From positions 132,411 to 196,410 of the forward strand of contig JAGBEJ010000012.1 of assembly GCA_017937025.1 (NCBI GenBank): DNA of 64,000 nucleotides, read 5' to 3'. The translations under genes were made by a program, and so were the position numbers. This document shows positions 48,291-56,582 of this stretch, one piece after another; the stretch's first letter is position 1, and every line of letters starts with the position of its first letter. The stretch comes from Paludibacteraceae bacterium. GTDB taxonomy: Bacteria; Bacteroidota; Bacteroidia; Bacteroidales; Paludibacteraceae. Below the pieces are notes generated by a model. That model saw nothing but the letters and a program-made list of their open reading frames with translations, searched no databases and was not told the DNA's origin.

Positions 48291-51200
48291 TTATTCTATC
48301 GTGCAATTGAGCACCACGTCGCTGCCTCCGTCGGTCGCGAATGTGATAGTGCCAGAGCCTGTCGCACCTGCCTTAGGACGAACATAGAGCGTACCTGTCA
48401 TGTTGTCGAGCTTGGTAGTCGTTATGGCAGAGAAGTCGCCGTAAGCTGGGTTACCCATAGAGACATCGAACTTATCGGAAGTGATTGTCACCTGAGCGTT
48501 CATGTCTGCGCCCTTGGCTGTAGATTGCACTGTGGCAACGCCTGCCGAAGGCACTTTGAGAGAAGAAGCCGAGAGCTCAACTCCTGTTGCCACTGCCGCT
48601 CCCCCTGTCCAGTTTACTTTCACATTGTGAGTCTCGCCGGCTGCTGTCACTGCTATGTTGCAGTTGGTCAGCGTACCTGGAGTGTATTTCACATAAATCA
48701 TTCCTTCTGTAACTGTGGCTGGGAACGACGTTGTGTTGGCGTACGCTCCTCCCTTACAGTTGCTGACCGTAACGCCCGGACAAGATGTCGTAACCGTAGG
48801 GTCGGCACAGAACGGACCGCCTGAGAATGGGATAGCGAACTCAGCCGCCTCGCCGCTCACGCTGCTGAAGTTATAGACTGCGCCGTCGGCTGGATACCAT
48901 GTGCCGGCTGCTGTCGCCTGTCCTGAGAGCGAGATGAATGCCGAGCCACGTCCACCGTTCTGAACGAGTATCACATCATTCACAGAGCCAGCCTCAAGAC
49001 CTTGTTTCTGACGAACATACACCTTCATTCCACGCAATGGGAACTCGCCTGTGTATGGTATCGACAGAGCCGAAGACCAGCCGTCCACACCATTAGCCGA
49101 GAATTCGTATTTCTCGTTGCCGAAGTTCTTGTATGATGTGAAGTCAAGTGACTTGTTATCGTCAAGACATGTTCCATAGACTGTGATTTCCTTGACATCT
49201 GAAGGACAGTCTGGGTATGACTGGAAGTCATCCAAAGACTCTGCCTCAAAGTTGAACTTACGCTTAGCTGTTCCTTCAAGCACTATGTTTGTCACATAGA
49301 ATGTCTTGTTAGGAGAATTTATCACAACACTATAGTTACCCATTGTAACAGAACTCTGCAGGTCTATAGTCTGATGATAAATCTGCTTCTCTGGCAATAC
49401 AAGTTCTTCATTATATATGTATCCATTTGCACCATAAACCTGAACAAGCAACTTGTTCTCGCCGGAACCACTACTTGGCTGCGCGTCAAACGACAGACGC
49501 AGGAAGTCATAGTTATTTGCATTTATAGAAGGCGACTGCAATCCGCTCTTAGCTAACTTGAATGCGTATGCACCGAGGGCGTTCTTATTACTTTCTACCG
49601 TTCCTAAAGTAGTCCAGTTCTTTTCTGCAGCAAGATCCATGAAGCTTGGATGATCCTGATCCAATCCCGGAGACATCAAACGAAGCACATCCACAGCCTG
49701 ACCGCAGTTCAGAACTATAGGGAACAGAGTTACCTCACCTTCCACAGTCACACTTGGCGATGGCTTAGTGTATCCCGTAGCAGAAAGAGTGAACACATCT
49801 GAATATGTTCCGATATTTCTGTCCTTAGGCAGACGAACCTTGATTGTTCTTGCAAATGAACCGCCAGTGAAAGGTATGTTTACAGAACCACCAGAAGTCC
49901 ATGTCACACCATTGTCAAGCGACACCTCGAATTCATCAACACCACTGAGTGTCGCTGTTCCAGACTCAACTGGGAGATTGTTACCAGAGACTGTTATATC
50001 CTGAGGATCTGATGGACCGAGGTCCTTAACATAACTAAGTCCGTCAAGGTCTGGAGTTATGACTAACTCCATTGGATCGCACTTAACTGTAACATTATCA
50101 ACAAGATACTTCTTACCACCTACAGACTTAATTACAATTGTACTACTATTAGAAGGATTAAGCGGAACTCTTATAAGTTGATATGCACTTGTAGAAACCT
50201 GAATTATACCACCAGGACGCAACTGAGGAGCTGTTTTATCCGCCGTTGTAGAATTGTTACCGTTTACTGTCATTACGGCTCCATCTACTGTTATACCAGT
50301 AGTTACTGCTACACCATCTTGCAGCACTTGAATGCCTCGGTCAAGGTATCCTGCATCTGAACTCTCCGCCTTCACGTAGAATGAGACTTCCATAGGCATG
50401 TCAACTGACGGCAATGTCATAGAAGGATCTGCACTATTATAAGGATTGAAGTAAATTGTATTGCCACTATATCCATTTGTATTTAAACGGATACTTTCAC
50501 AATACCACTCACCACCAGCAAGATAGAGCGTATAAGGAGGACAACCAGAACCAGACCTAACAGATGTACCAGGACCGGCAGGACAAGAAGCGGCTTCTGT
50601 CAATATTGAGAAATCTTCTGATATACATGCCGAAGCAACTCTTGCTTTCAGAGTAGTGACCGTGTTAGAAACAGGAGACAAGTCAGAGTCTGTTGTTGTA
50701 CTTCCGTTACCCTGCACCTTTATCTTAGCATAGTATTGAGTGTTAGGGTCAAGTCCTGTTATGATAGCCTGCTCTGTAGCCTGTCCAGGAATATTGAGCA
50801 CCTTGACTTCTGCTCCAGTTGTGGCATTATATATATAAAGGATGTAGCCGTTCACGCCAGCCTCGCCAGACGCAGTCCAGTCTGCTGTGAATCCGTCTAT
50901 AGTAGGAACAGAAAGCACAGGTGGAGTTATAACAGAAAGGTTTGGAAGAACTGTCACGTTGTGAGTTACAGCACAGCCATTAACTGTGTATGTGATAGTA
51001 GCTGTTCCGCCAGAAACTCCAGTGACAGTACCGCCCGTAACTGATGCAACGCCTGTTTTATTAGAAGACCATGTACCGCCTGTGAGACTCGGAGTCAATG
51101 TGATGAACTTGCCCTCGCCTACTTCGTCTGGTCCAGAAAGTGTGACTTGACTTACTGTGATTGTCTTCTTGGCTGGACAGAAATCCGTGTTTGTAGGAGT

Positions 51201-52802
51201 GAATATTATGTTAACCTGACCCGGAGCAACGGCTGTCACTCTACCTGAAGCATTGACTGTAGCTATGCTTCCGTCAGACGACGACCATGTACCTACAGTA
51301 GAGCCATCGCCTGGAGCAAACTCTGTGAGAGAAAGCTGAACATTGTTGTTCGTTCCACAATTATATATTGTGTTTGTAGAAGATGTGATTGTAGGAGCAT
51401 CACATGGCAGAGGTGTAACACATACTCCGCTGACACGAACCTCGCCGCTGAATGTTATCTTAACGAACTTACCCTGCTTTGCAACTATGCCTGGAATAGC
51501 AATCTCACCACAACTATTATTAATGTCGCTTGTGATTGAGCCAGTAGAGAGTGTTGAATATGGGCCAGCAAAAGCGTCTGCGATTTCTACAGTAGAAGCT
51601 GTACGAGAACCACCACCATGACCAGCAATATTAATTTGTGAAGCACCATATCCCTCCAACTCCACGATTATATAATCCATGTAGTATCTCTTCGCTGCAT
51701 CACCACAAATATTAGATGTACTTGTGTTGTAATTGTCATCCTTATTACCTCCATGATACATTCTGAAGTCGCCGAAATCGTATGGAGTTGTTGCGTCAAG
51801 CGTACCGGCATCACTGCCTATATATGCGCAAGTAGGTCCGAGAGTCCAAGTCGCATTGTAAGTGACAACCTCAGAACTATAGCAAGCGTTCTCCACCTTC
51901 GCTTTGATAACCTCATCCTGGGTAATGCTCACCGAAGTACCAGTCACCCAAGAACTTCCGCCATCAAGGCTGTACTTGACATCGCCGCCTGTGCCGGAGA
52001 TTTTGACTGTGTTGCCAGATTGAGTAATCGTAGGAGCAGAAGGCATTGTGGCATTGAGGCTTACAGTAACAGGGTCGCTTGAAACTGCGCAATTCTTAGT
52101 AGCCACCACTTTATAATCGCCATTTGCTGTGACTGTCAATAAACCTGATGTTTCACCAGCGATAGCAACTCCATCCTTATACCACTGCAGCGAAGCTCCT
52201 GCCGTCTGACCTGAAACAGAAAGAGTTGTAGTAGAACCACATGGGCTAAGAGCACCGGAAATTGTTGGCTTAGTGTCTTCGCAAGCTGGACCAGCAGATG
52301 TAACCGCAATACTTGTAATATACAAGTTACTACTATTTGTTCCTGCTAAATAAATCGTCTTAGATGACGAGATTCCAGTAAAGTCATACGAAACACTATG
52401 GTCTGCATTTTTTGTCGTAACACTAGCACTTGCAAGCGCAGCCTTCGTATCTCCATCTATAATATTCAATGTACGTCCAGTACTTGTTGAATAAAAATGT
52501 ATTTCAATACTACAATCCTCATCTATAGTGAATGTCATATATCGCTTTGTTGGCAATTTTCCATCCGAAAAATCAGAAGCACCACCACTACTAAGGTTTA
52601 TATAATATCCACCTGTACTCATACCTGCAGCAGCAGAACCTGTAGCAGGTGGATTTGTAGCAGAAGGCGTATATCCACTAGGGATTGAGTTTTCACCATC
52701 ATAATTCAATGAAGCGAAATCTGTTGCGCCATTTACATTTATTCCTAACACCATCAATAATGACAGTATTAAAAACTTAAGTCTAAGAAATGTGTTTTTC
52801 AT
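48291..52802 (-). CDS. Large (1503 aa) secreted multidomain surface protein (unassigned N-terminal modules, Big_2 x2, Fn3); first gene of the SprB-like operon
   Basis: Signal peptide MKNTFLRLKFLILSLLMVLGINVNG. Big_2-type segments (WSSSDGSIATVNASGRVTAVAPGQVNIIFT; WSSNKTGVASVTGGTVTGVSGGTATITYTV). Fn3 (GFTADWTASGEAGVNGYILYIY...LDPNTQYYAKIKVQG). I see no recognisable T9SS CTD at the C-terminus. The stop lies 54 nt upstream of the 4026-aa gene. Confidence 0.75.
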   Translation of the reverse strand: MKNTFLRLKFLILSLLMVLGINVNGATDFASLNYDGENSIPSGYTPSATNPPATGSAAAGMSTGGYYINLSSGGASDFSDGKLPTKRYMTFTIDEDCSIEIHFYSTSTGRTLNIIDGDTKAALASASVTTKNADHSVSYDFTGISSSKTIYLAGTNSSNLYITSIAVTSAGPACEDTKPTISGALSPCGSTTTLSVSGQTAGASLQWYKDGVAIAGETSGLLTVTANGDYKVVATKNCAVSSDPVTVSLNATMPSAPTITQSGNTVKISGTGGDVKYSLDGGSSWVTGTSVSITQDEVIKAKVENACYSSEVVTYNATWTLGPTCAYIGSDAGTLDATTPYDFGDFRMYHGGNKDDNYNTSTSNICGDAAKRYYMDYIIVELEGYGASQINIAGHGGGSRTASTVEIADAFAGPYSTLSTGSITSDINNSCGEIAIPGIVAKQGKFVKITFSGEVRVSGVCVTPLPCDAPTITSSTNTIYNCGTNNNVQLSLTEFAPGDGSTVGTWSSSDGSIATVNASGRVTAVAPGQVNIIFTPTNTDFCPAKKTITVSQVTLSGPDEVGEGKFITLTPSLTGGTWSSNKTGVASVTGGTVTGVSGGTATITYTVNGCAVTHNVTVLPNLSVITPPVLSVPTIDGFTADWTASGEAGVNGYILYIYNATTGAEVKVLNIPGQATEQAIITGLDPNTQYYAKIKVQGNGSTTTDSDLSPVSNTVTTLKARVASACISEDFSILTEAASCPAGPGTSVRSGSGCPPYTLYLAGGEWYCESIRLNTNGYSGNTIYFNPYNSADPSMTLPSVDMPMEVSFYVKAESSDAGYLDRGIQVLQDGVAVTTGITVDGAVMTVNGNNSTTADKTAPQLRPGGIIQVSTSAYQLIRVPLNPSNSSTIVIKSVGGKKYLVDNVTVKCDPMELVITPDLDGLSYVKDLGPSDPQDITVSGNNLPVESGTATLSGVDEFEVSLDNGVTWTSGGSVNIPFTGGSFARTIKVRLPKDRNIGTYSDVFTLSATGYTKPSPSVTVEGEVTLFPIVLNCGQAVDVLRLMSPGLDQDHPSFMDLAAEKNWTTLGTVESNKNALGAYAFKLAKSGLQSPSINANNYDFLRLSFDAQPSSGSGENKLLVQVYGANGYIYNEELVLPEKQIYHQTIDLQSSVTMGNYSVVINSPNKTFYVTNIVLEGTAKRKFNFEAESLDDFQSYPDCPSDVKEITVYGTCLDDNKSLDFTSYKNFGNEKYEFSANGVDGWSSALSIPYTGEFPLRGMKVYVRQKQGLEAGSVNDVILVQNGGRGSAFISLSGQATAAGTWYPADGAVYNFSSVSGEAAEFAIPFSGGPFCADPTVTTSCPGVTVSNCKGGAYANTTSFPATVTEGMIYVKYTPGTLTNCNIAVTAAGETHNVKVNWTGGAAVATGVELSASSLKVPSAGVATVQSTAKGADMNAQVTITSDKFDVSMGNPAYGDFSAITTTKLDNMTGTLYVRPKAGATGSGTITFATDGGSDVVLNCTIE

Positions 52803-53041
52803 ATCGTAGATTTTTTGTTATATACATTATATATACGACGAAAAAGCTTACAACGCCTCGGGGGCTCTTTCCTCCTTCAAACGTCATAACCTGCGAAATG
52901 AAAAAAATCTACTGAAAATGCGGATTACATCAGCAAGACACGGCTCAACCTCTCATGTTTGATTCTCTTAGTAAAGTTTCTTCATTAGCAAGTTTTTCGT
53001 TGATATATTTTGTTTGCTCCGAGTGCTTAGATTCGGATTTT

Positions 53042-53049
53042 CAAAAATA
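53042..53049 (-). promoter_or_regulatory. -7 promoter box TATTTTTG (minus strand, within AATAAGTATATTTTTG) for the adhesin operon
   Basis: Plus-strand CAAAAATA is the reverse complement of TAnnTTTG. The flanking AATAAGTA matches the promoters at 17052 and 21642. It implies a ~230-nt leader before ATG 52802. Confidence 0.45.
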
Positions 53050-53080
53050 TACTTATTTTTTGTGAAAAACTATATGTCTT

Positions 53081-53107
53081 ATGCTGAAAAAATATGTTTT
53101 ACAACAT
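53081..53107. promoter_or_regulatory. 27-bp imperfect palindrome ATGCTGAAAAAATATGTTTTACAACAT upstream of the adhesin operon
   Basis: Read in gene orientation it is ATGTTGTAAAACATATTTTTTCAGCAT, nearly the same as the copy at 16990. It lies 31 nt upstream of the -7 box. Confidence 0.5.
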
Positions 53108-53271
53108 AAAAACATACATTTTTAGCGCTAATTTTTAGGTAGATAGCAATATTAACACTAAAGCAAGGGCATTTCCCACTATTTACATCTGTTAAATCAC
53201 ACCTAAAATACGTTAACACGACAACTATCCCAACATTGTATGAATATTCAGTTTTTTGCATGAAGATATTC

Positions 53272-53745
53272 GGCGCTTCGGCTTGGTTCAACTACGCTTG
53301 GTTGGTGAGCCTGTCGAACCACATGTGCCGTGTTTTTAATTTTTTTCTGCCCACTGAGCGCAATGCAATGGAGCCGAAGTGAAAGAGAAAAAAATGAATG
53401 CCGCATTTCGGCTATCGCTCAATGACCGGCATGAAAGAAATAGTCGCTTCGCGAGAAATCAAACAAACAACAACAAATCAAACAAAATATCCTATTTGAA
53501 CGATTTGAACATATTTTGGTGGATTTCTGTCCGCAGGACACTAATTTATATCCGGTGCTTCGGCTACGTTCAGCAACCGAAAACTCACCAACCAACGCAC
53601 AGGATGCAGAGAATATAAAAATCGGCACCCTGTGCTTCGGCTACGCTCAGCAACCGAGCCGAAGGGTAACTTCATATTCTCTCTTACGCTTCGGCTCCAT
53701 TGCATTGCGCTTGGTTGGTGAGCGTAGCCGAACCACAGCGTGCAG
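53272..53745. repeat. Cluster of short GC-rich direct and inverted repeats in non-coding DNA
   Basis: Direct repeats GTGCTTCGGCTACG(T/C)TCAGCAACCGA at 53555-53580 and 53631-53656, with a degenerate copy at ~53402. CGCTTGGTTGGTGAGC at 53295-53310 and 53708-53723, with its inverse CTCACCAACCAACGC at 53584-53598. A perfect 23-bp inverted pair at 53357-53379 and 53689-53711. Confidence 0.8.
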
Positions 53746-53755
53746 AGAAAACTTA

Positions 53756-53787
53756 CAAAAAAAGAGGCGCAAACATTTTGCACCTCT
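53756..53787 (-). terminator. Rho-independent terminator of parC (minus strand)
   Basis: AGAGGCGCAAA-CAT-TTTGCACCTCT hairpin (one mismatch). The plus-strand A7 run gives a U-run after the hairpin on the minus strand. It lies 24 nt after the parC stop. Confidence 0.7.
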
Positions 53788-53810
53788 TCTATATATAATA
53801 ATGTATATGC

Positions 53811-56558
53811 TTAGAACAACTTCATCTGACCAGTCAGTTCGTCCAGCACATCGCTGTCGTTGTCATCGCCGTCGCTGGTGTCTGGAGCACCGTCCTGCGG
53901 CTCTTCATCTTCGGGCTCGGCATCCTCTTCCTCCGGCTCTGGCCAGCGTGTAGGCTCCAGTTCTATCACCTCACCCACTTCGAATGTGCTGATTCTCTTG
54001 CCCTTCGCCTTTATGCCCTTGACTCCGATGAATTCCTCCACGTCTATCTCCATGGCTGGTTTGCTCTTGTCCGCACCGCCGAACACCACCTTGAAGCGCG
54101 GATACACATTGTCGCTGATGAGCAACAAACGGCTCTCCGGGTTCTCGCCTATGAAGCCTACCTTCTTTGCCGACGCCTCCATGACGAATCTCTTGATGTA
54201 GCGGTAGCCCTGCTGGTCGGCGTCCACAAGCGCGACAGTCCACACCTTCTCTGGGTCATACTTCTCTATCTTGAGCAAATCCTCGTCAAAGTGGTTCGAC
54301 AGGTCGAAGTTTGTCGTATAATACTCGCCCTTCTTTGTAATAACGAGTATCTGGTCGTCCGCGCCGAATTCACCGAGGAAGTCGCCATGGCTGTCGTAGT
54401 TGAGCCTCATTACATCCGGGTCATACCAAACCTTTCTGCCGCCGAGCGTTGACGCGCCCTGATGACGGAGCGCGATCTTGAACACATCGTTCTTGGTCAG
54501 GATGTTGCCCATAGCCTGTCGTCCCTTTATGGCTATCTCGCTGAAGTCTTTTTCGAATGTCAGCACCTTGAGCCTTGGCCTTGGCTTGTGAGTTATCTTT
54601 ATGGTCTCTGCCTCGCCATTAGGGTTAGCAGTGAAATAGATTATCTTGCTGCCAGCCTTGCCCTGAGTCAGGTCGTACTCCTTGTCTCTCGTAACGCCTG
54701 TGACATTGAACCTCTTAATGTAGTAGAATCCTGACTTGCCGTCGCGATAGACCACATTATATATGGTACGTTTGTCGTTCTTCTTGAACAGCGCGAGATA
54801 CTGTATGTTCTTGCCGACATAGAGCTTGTCCTGCACCTTGACGACCTTGTATTTTCCGTCCTTGTAGAAGATTATCACATCGTCTATGTCCGAACAGTTG
54901 CATACGAACTCGTCCTTCTTCAGCCCAGTACCTATGAATCCGTCCTCGCGGTTTATATACAGGCGCTCGTTCGCCTCCACAACCTTGGCGGCTTCTATTG
55001 TGTCGAATGTTCTCAGCTCCGTCTTTCTCGGATACTTGCTGCCGTATCTCGCCTTGAGTCCCTTGTACCATGCGATGGTGTATTCCACAAGTCTCTCCAG
55101 ATGGTACTCCACCTCCTTTATACCGTCCTTCAGCGCTGCTATGTTCGCATCAGCCTCGTCGGAACGGTATTTGATGATTCTCACCATCTTTATCTCCAAA
55201 AGATGAGCGACGTCGTCTCTCGTCACCTCTCTTATGAACTTCTTCTTGAACGGCTCGAGTCGCTTGTCAATCCAGTCGATAGCCTCGTCCTTGGTCTTGC
55301 TCTGCTCGTATTCCTTGTCCTTGTATATGCGCTCCTCGATGAAGATTCTTTCAAGGTTAGCCAAGAACAGCTGTTCCTGCAGCTCGTTTTTCTGTATTTC
55401 AAGTTCACGTCTGAGGAACTCCTTTGTCAAGTCAACATTTTTGCGCAGAACGTCGCTCACGCCGAGGAACAATGGCTTATTGTCCGACACGACGCAGCAG
55501 TTAGGCGAGAGGTTCATCTCGCACTGCGTGAATGCGTAAAGCGCATCGATAGCCTTGTCGGACGACGTTCCCGGCTGAAGCTGTATGACGATTCTGGCTT
55601 CGGTGGAAGTGAAGTCCTCCACTTTCTTTATCTTGATTTTGCCACGCTCGTTGGCCTTCACAATGCTGTCTTTGAGAGTTACGGTCGTTGTGCCGTAAGG
55701 TATCTCGGTTATCTCCAGCGTCTTGTTGTCTATCTTGTTTATCTTGGCTCTGATTCTGACCACTCCGCCACGCCTGCCGTCTTCATATCGGCTTGCGTCG
55801 AGATAGCCGCCAGTTGGGAAATCTGGGTAAAGAGTGAACTCACGCTCCTCGAGATACGCCACTGCTGCGTCTATTATCTCGTTGAAGTTGTGAGGCAGTA
55901 TTTTCGAGTTGAGACCTACGCCGATACCCTCGGTTCCCTGCGCCAGCAGCAATGGGAACTTCACCGGCAAAGTGATAGGTTCCTTGTTTCTGCCGTCGTA
56001 CGACGGCTTCCACTCGGTTATCTTCGGGCTGAAAAGTATCTCAAGGGCGAGTTTCGAGAGGCGCGCCTCGATGTAACGGGGAGCTGCAGCGCTGTCGCCG
56101 GTGAGCACGTGTCCCCAGTTTCCCTGACAGTCGATGAGCAGGTCCTTCTGTCCGAGTGTCACGAGCGCATCGCCTATGGAAGCGTCGCCGTGAGGGTGAA
56201 ACTGCATCGTGTGTCCGACGATGTTCGCCACCTTGTTGTAGCGTCCGTCGTCGAGTCGCTTCATGGAGTGCAGTATTCGTCTTTGCACCGGCTTCAGTCC
56301 GTCCATGATGTTTGGCACGGCACGCTCCAGGTTAACGTATGAAGCATAGTCGAGAAACCATGTCTGATACATACCTGAGAGACACTGCCGTGTCTCATCG
56401 GTGTTCAATGGCGGCACTTTGCAGCGTCCCTTTCTTTTTGCCGGTTCATCCTGCGACACCGCCTCCAGAACTTCGTCAGCAGTCTCTGCGTTTTCTGTTT
56501 CCTGGTTTTCTAAGTCCTTCTCTGCGCCTTCTTGCAAATCCTTCTCGTCCTCGTTCAT
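53811..56558 (-). CDS. parC: DNA topoisomerase IV subunit A (GyrA/ParC family)
   Basis: Motifs GLKPVQRRILHSM, HPHGDASIGDALV and active-site AAPRYIEARL. There is no GyrA-box in the C-terminal domain. The long acidic C-terminal tail is typical of Bacteroidetes ParC. Confidence 0.75.
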   Translation of the reverse strand: MNEDEKDLQEGAEKDLENQETENAETADEVLEAVSQDEPAKRKGRCKVPPLNTDETRQCLSGMYQTWFLDYASYVNLERAVPNIMDGLKPVQRRILHSMKRLDDGRYNKVANIVGHTMQFHPHGDASIGDALVTLGQKDLLIDCQGNWGHVLTGDSAAAPRYIEARLSKLALEILFSPKITEWKPSYDGRNKEPITLPVKFPLLLAQGTEGIGVGLNSKILPHNFNEIIDAAVAYLEEREFTLYPDFPTGGYLDASRYEDGRRGGVVRIRAKINKIDNKTLEITEIPYGTTTVTLKDSIVKANERGKIKIKKVEDFTSTEARIVIQLQPGTSSDKAIDALYAFTQCEMNLSPNCCVVSDNKPLFLGVSDVLRKNVDLTKEFLRRELEIQKNELQEQLFLANLERIFIEERIYKDKEYEQSKTKDEAIDWIDKRLEPFKKKFIREVTRDDVAHLLEIKMVRIIKYRSDEADANIAALKDGIKEVEYHLERLVEYTIAWYKGLKARYGSKYPRKTELRTFDTIEAAKVVEANERLYINREDGFIGTGLKKDEFVCNCSDIDDVIIFYKDGKYKVVKVQDKLYVGKNIQYLALFKKNDKRTIYNVVYRDGKSGFYYIKRFNVTGVTRDKEYDLTQGKAGSKIIYFTANPNGEAETIKITHKPRPRLKVLTFEKDFSEIAIKGRQAMGNILTKNDVFKIALRHQGASTLGGRKVWYDPDVMRLNYDSHGDFLGEFGADDQILVITKKGEYYTTNFDLSNHFDEDLLKIEKYDPEKVWTVALVDADQQGYRYIKRFVMEASAKKVGFIGENPESRLLLISDNVYPRFKVVFGGADKSKPAMEIDVEEFIGVKGIKAKGKRISTFEVGEVIELEPTRWPEPEEEDAEPEDEEPQDGAPDTSDGDDNDSDVLDELTGQMKLF

Positions 56559-56582
56559 AAGTTATCCCTCCTATGCTTATTG

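Noticed and set aside
48252-48824. 190-aa Cys/Arg-rich plus-strand ORF spanning the junction of the two giant genes
   Set aside because: It is antisense to the 3-prime end of the 1503-aa gene, and its composition is typical of reverse-frame translation of Thr/Ala/Gly-rich coding DNA.
53555-53656. Possible CRISPR array, considered because of the 26-bp direct repeats
   Set aside because: There are only two good copies plus one degenerate copy. Spacing is irregular, other unrelated inverted repeats are interleaved, and no cas genes are in the window.
53379-53953. Small plus-strand ORFs (79 and 145 aa) in the repeat-rich intergenic region
   Set aside because: Their sequence is dominated by the repeats and an A/C-rich tract. 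One runs into parC antisense. There is no promoter box or plausible start context.
55101-56342. 413-aa ORF antisense to parC
   Set aside because: It lies opposite a strongly supported topoisomerase gene, and its Leu/Val/Arg-rich translation has no motifs. The same reasoning applies to antisense ORFs 58150-59133 (waaA), 31191-32039 (clpX), 35396-36061 and 59346-60074 (porP/sprF), 61805-62449 (fcl), 399-1061 and 1506-2207 (hsdR).
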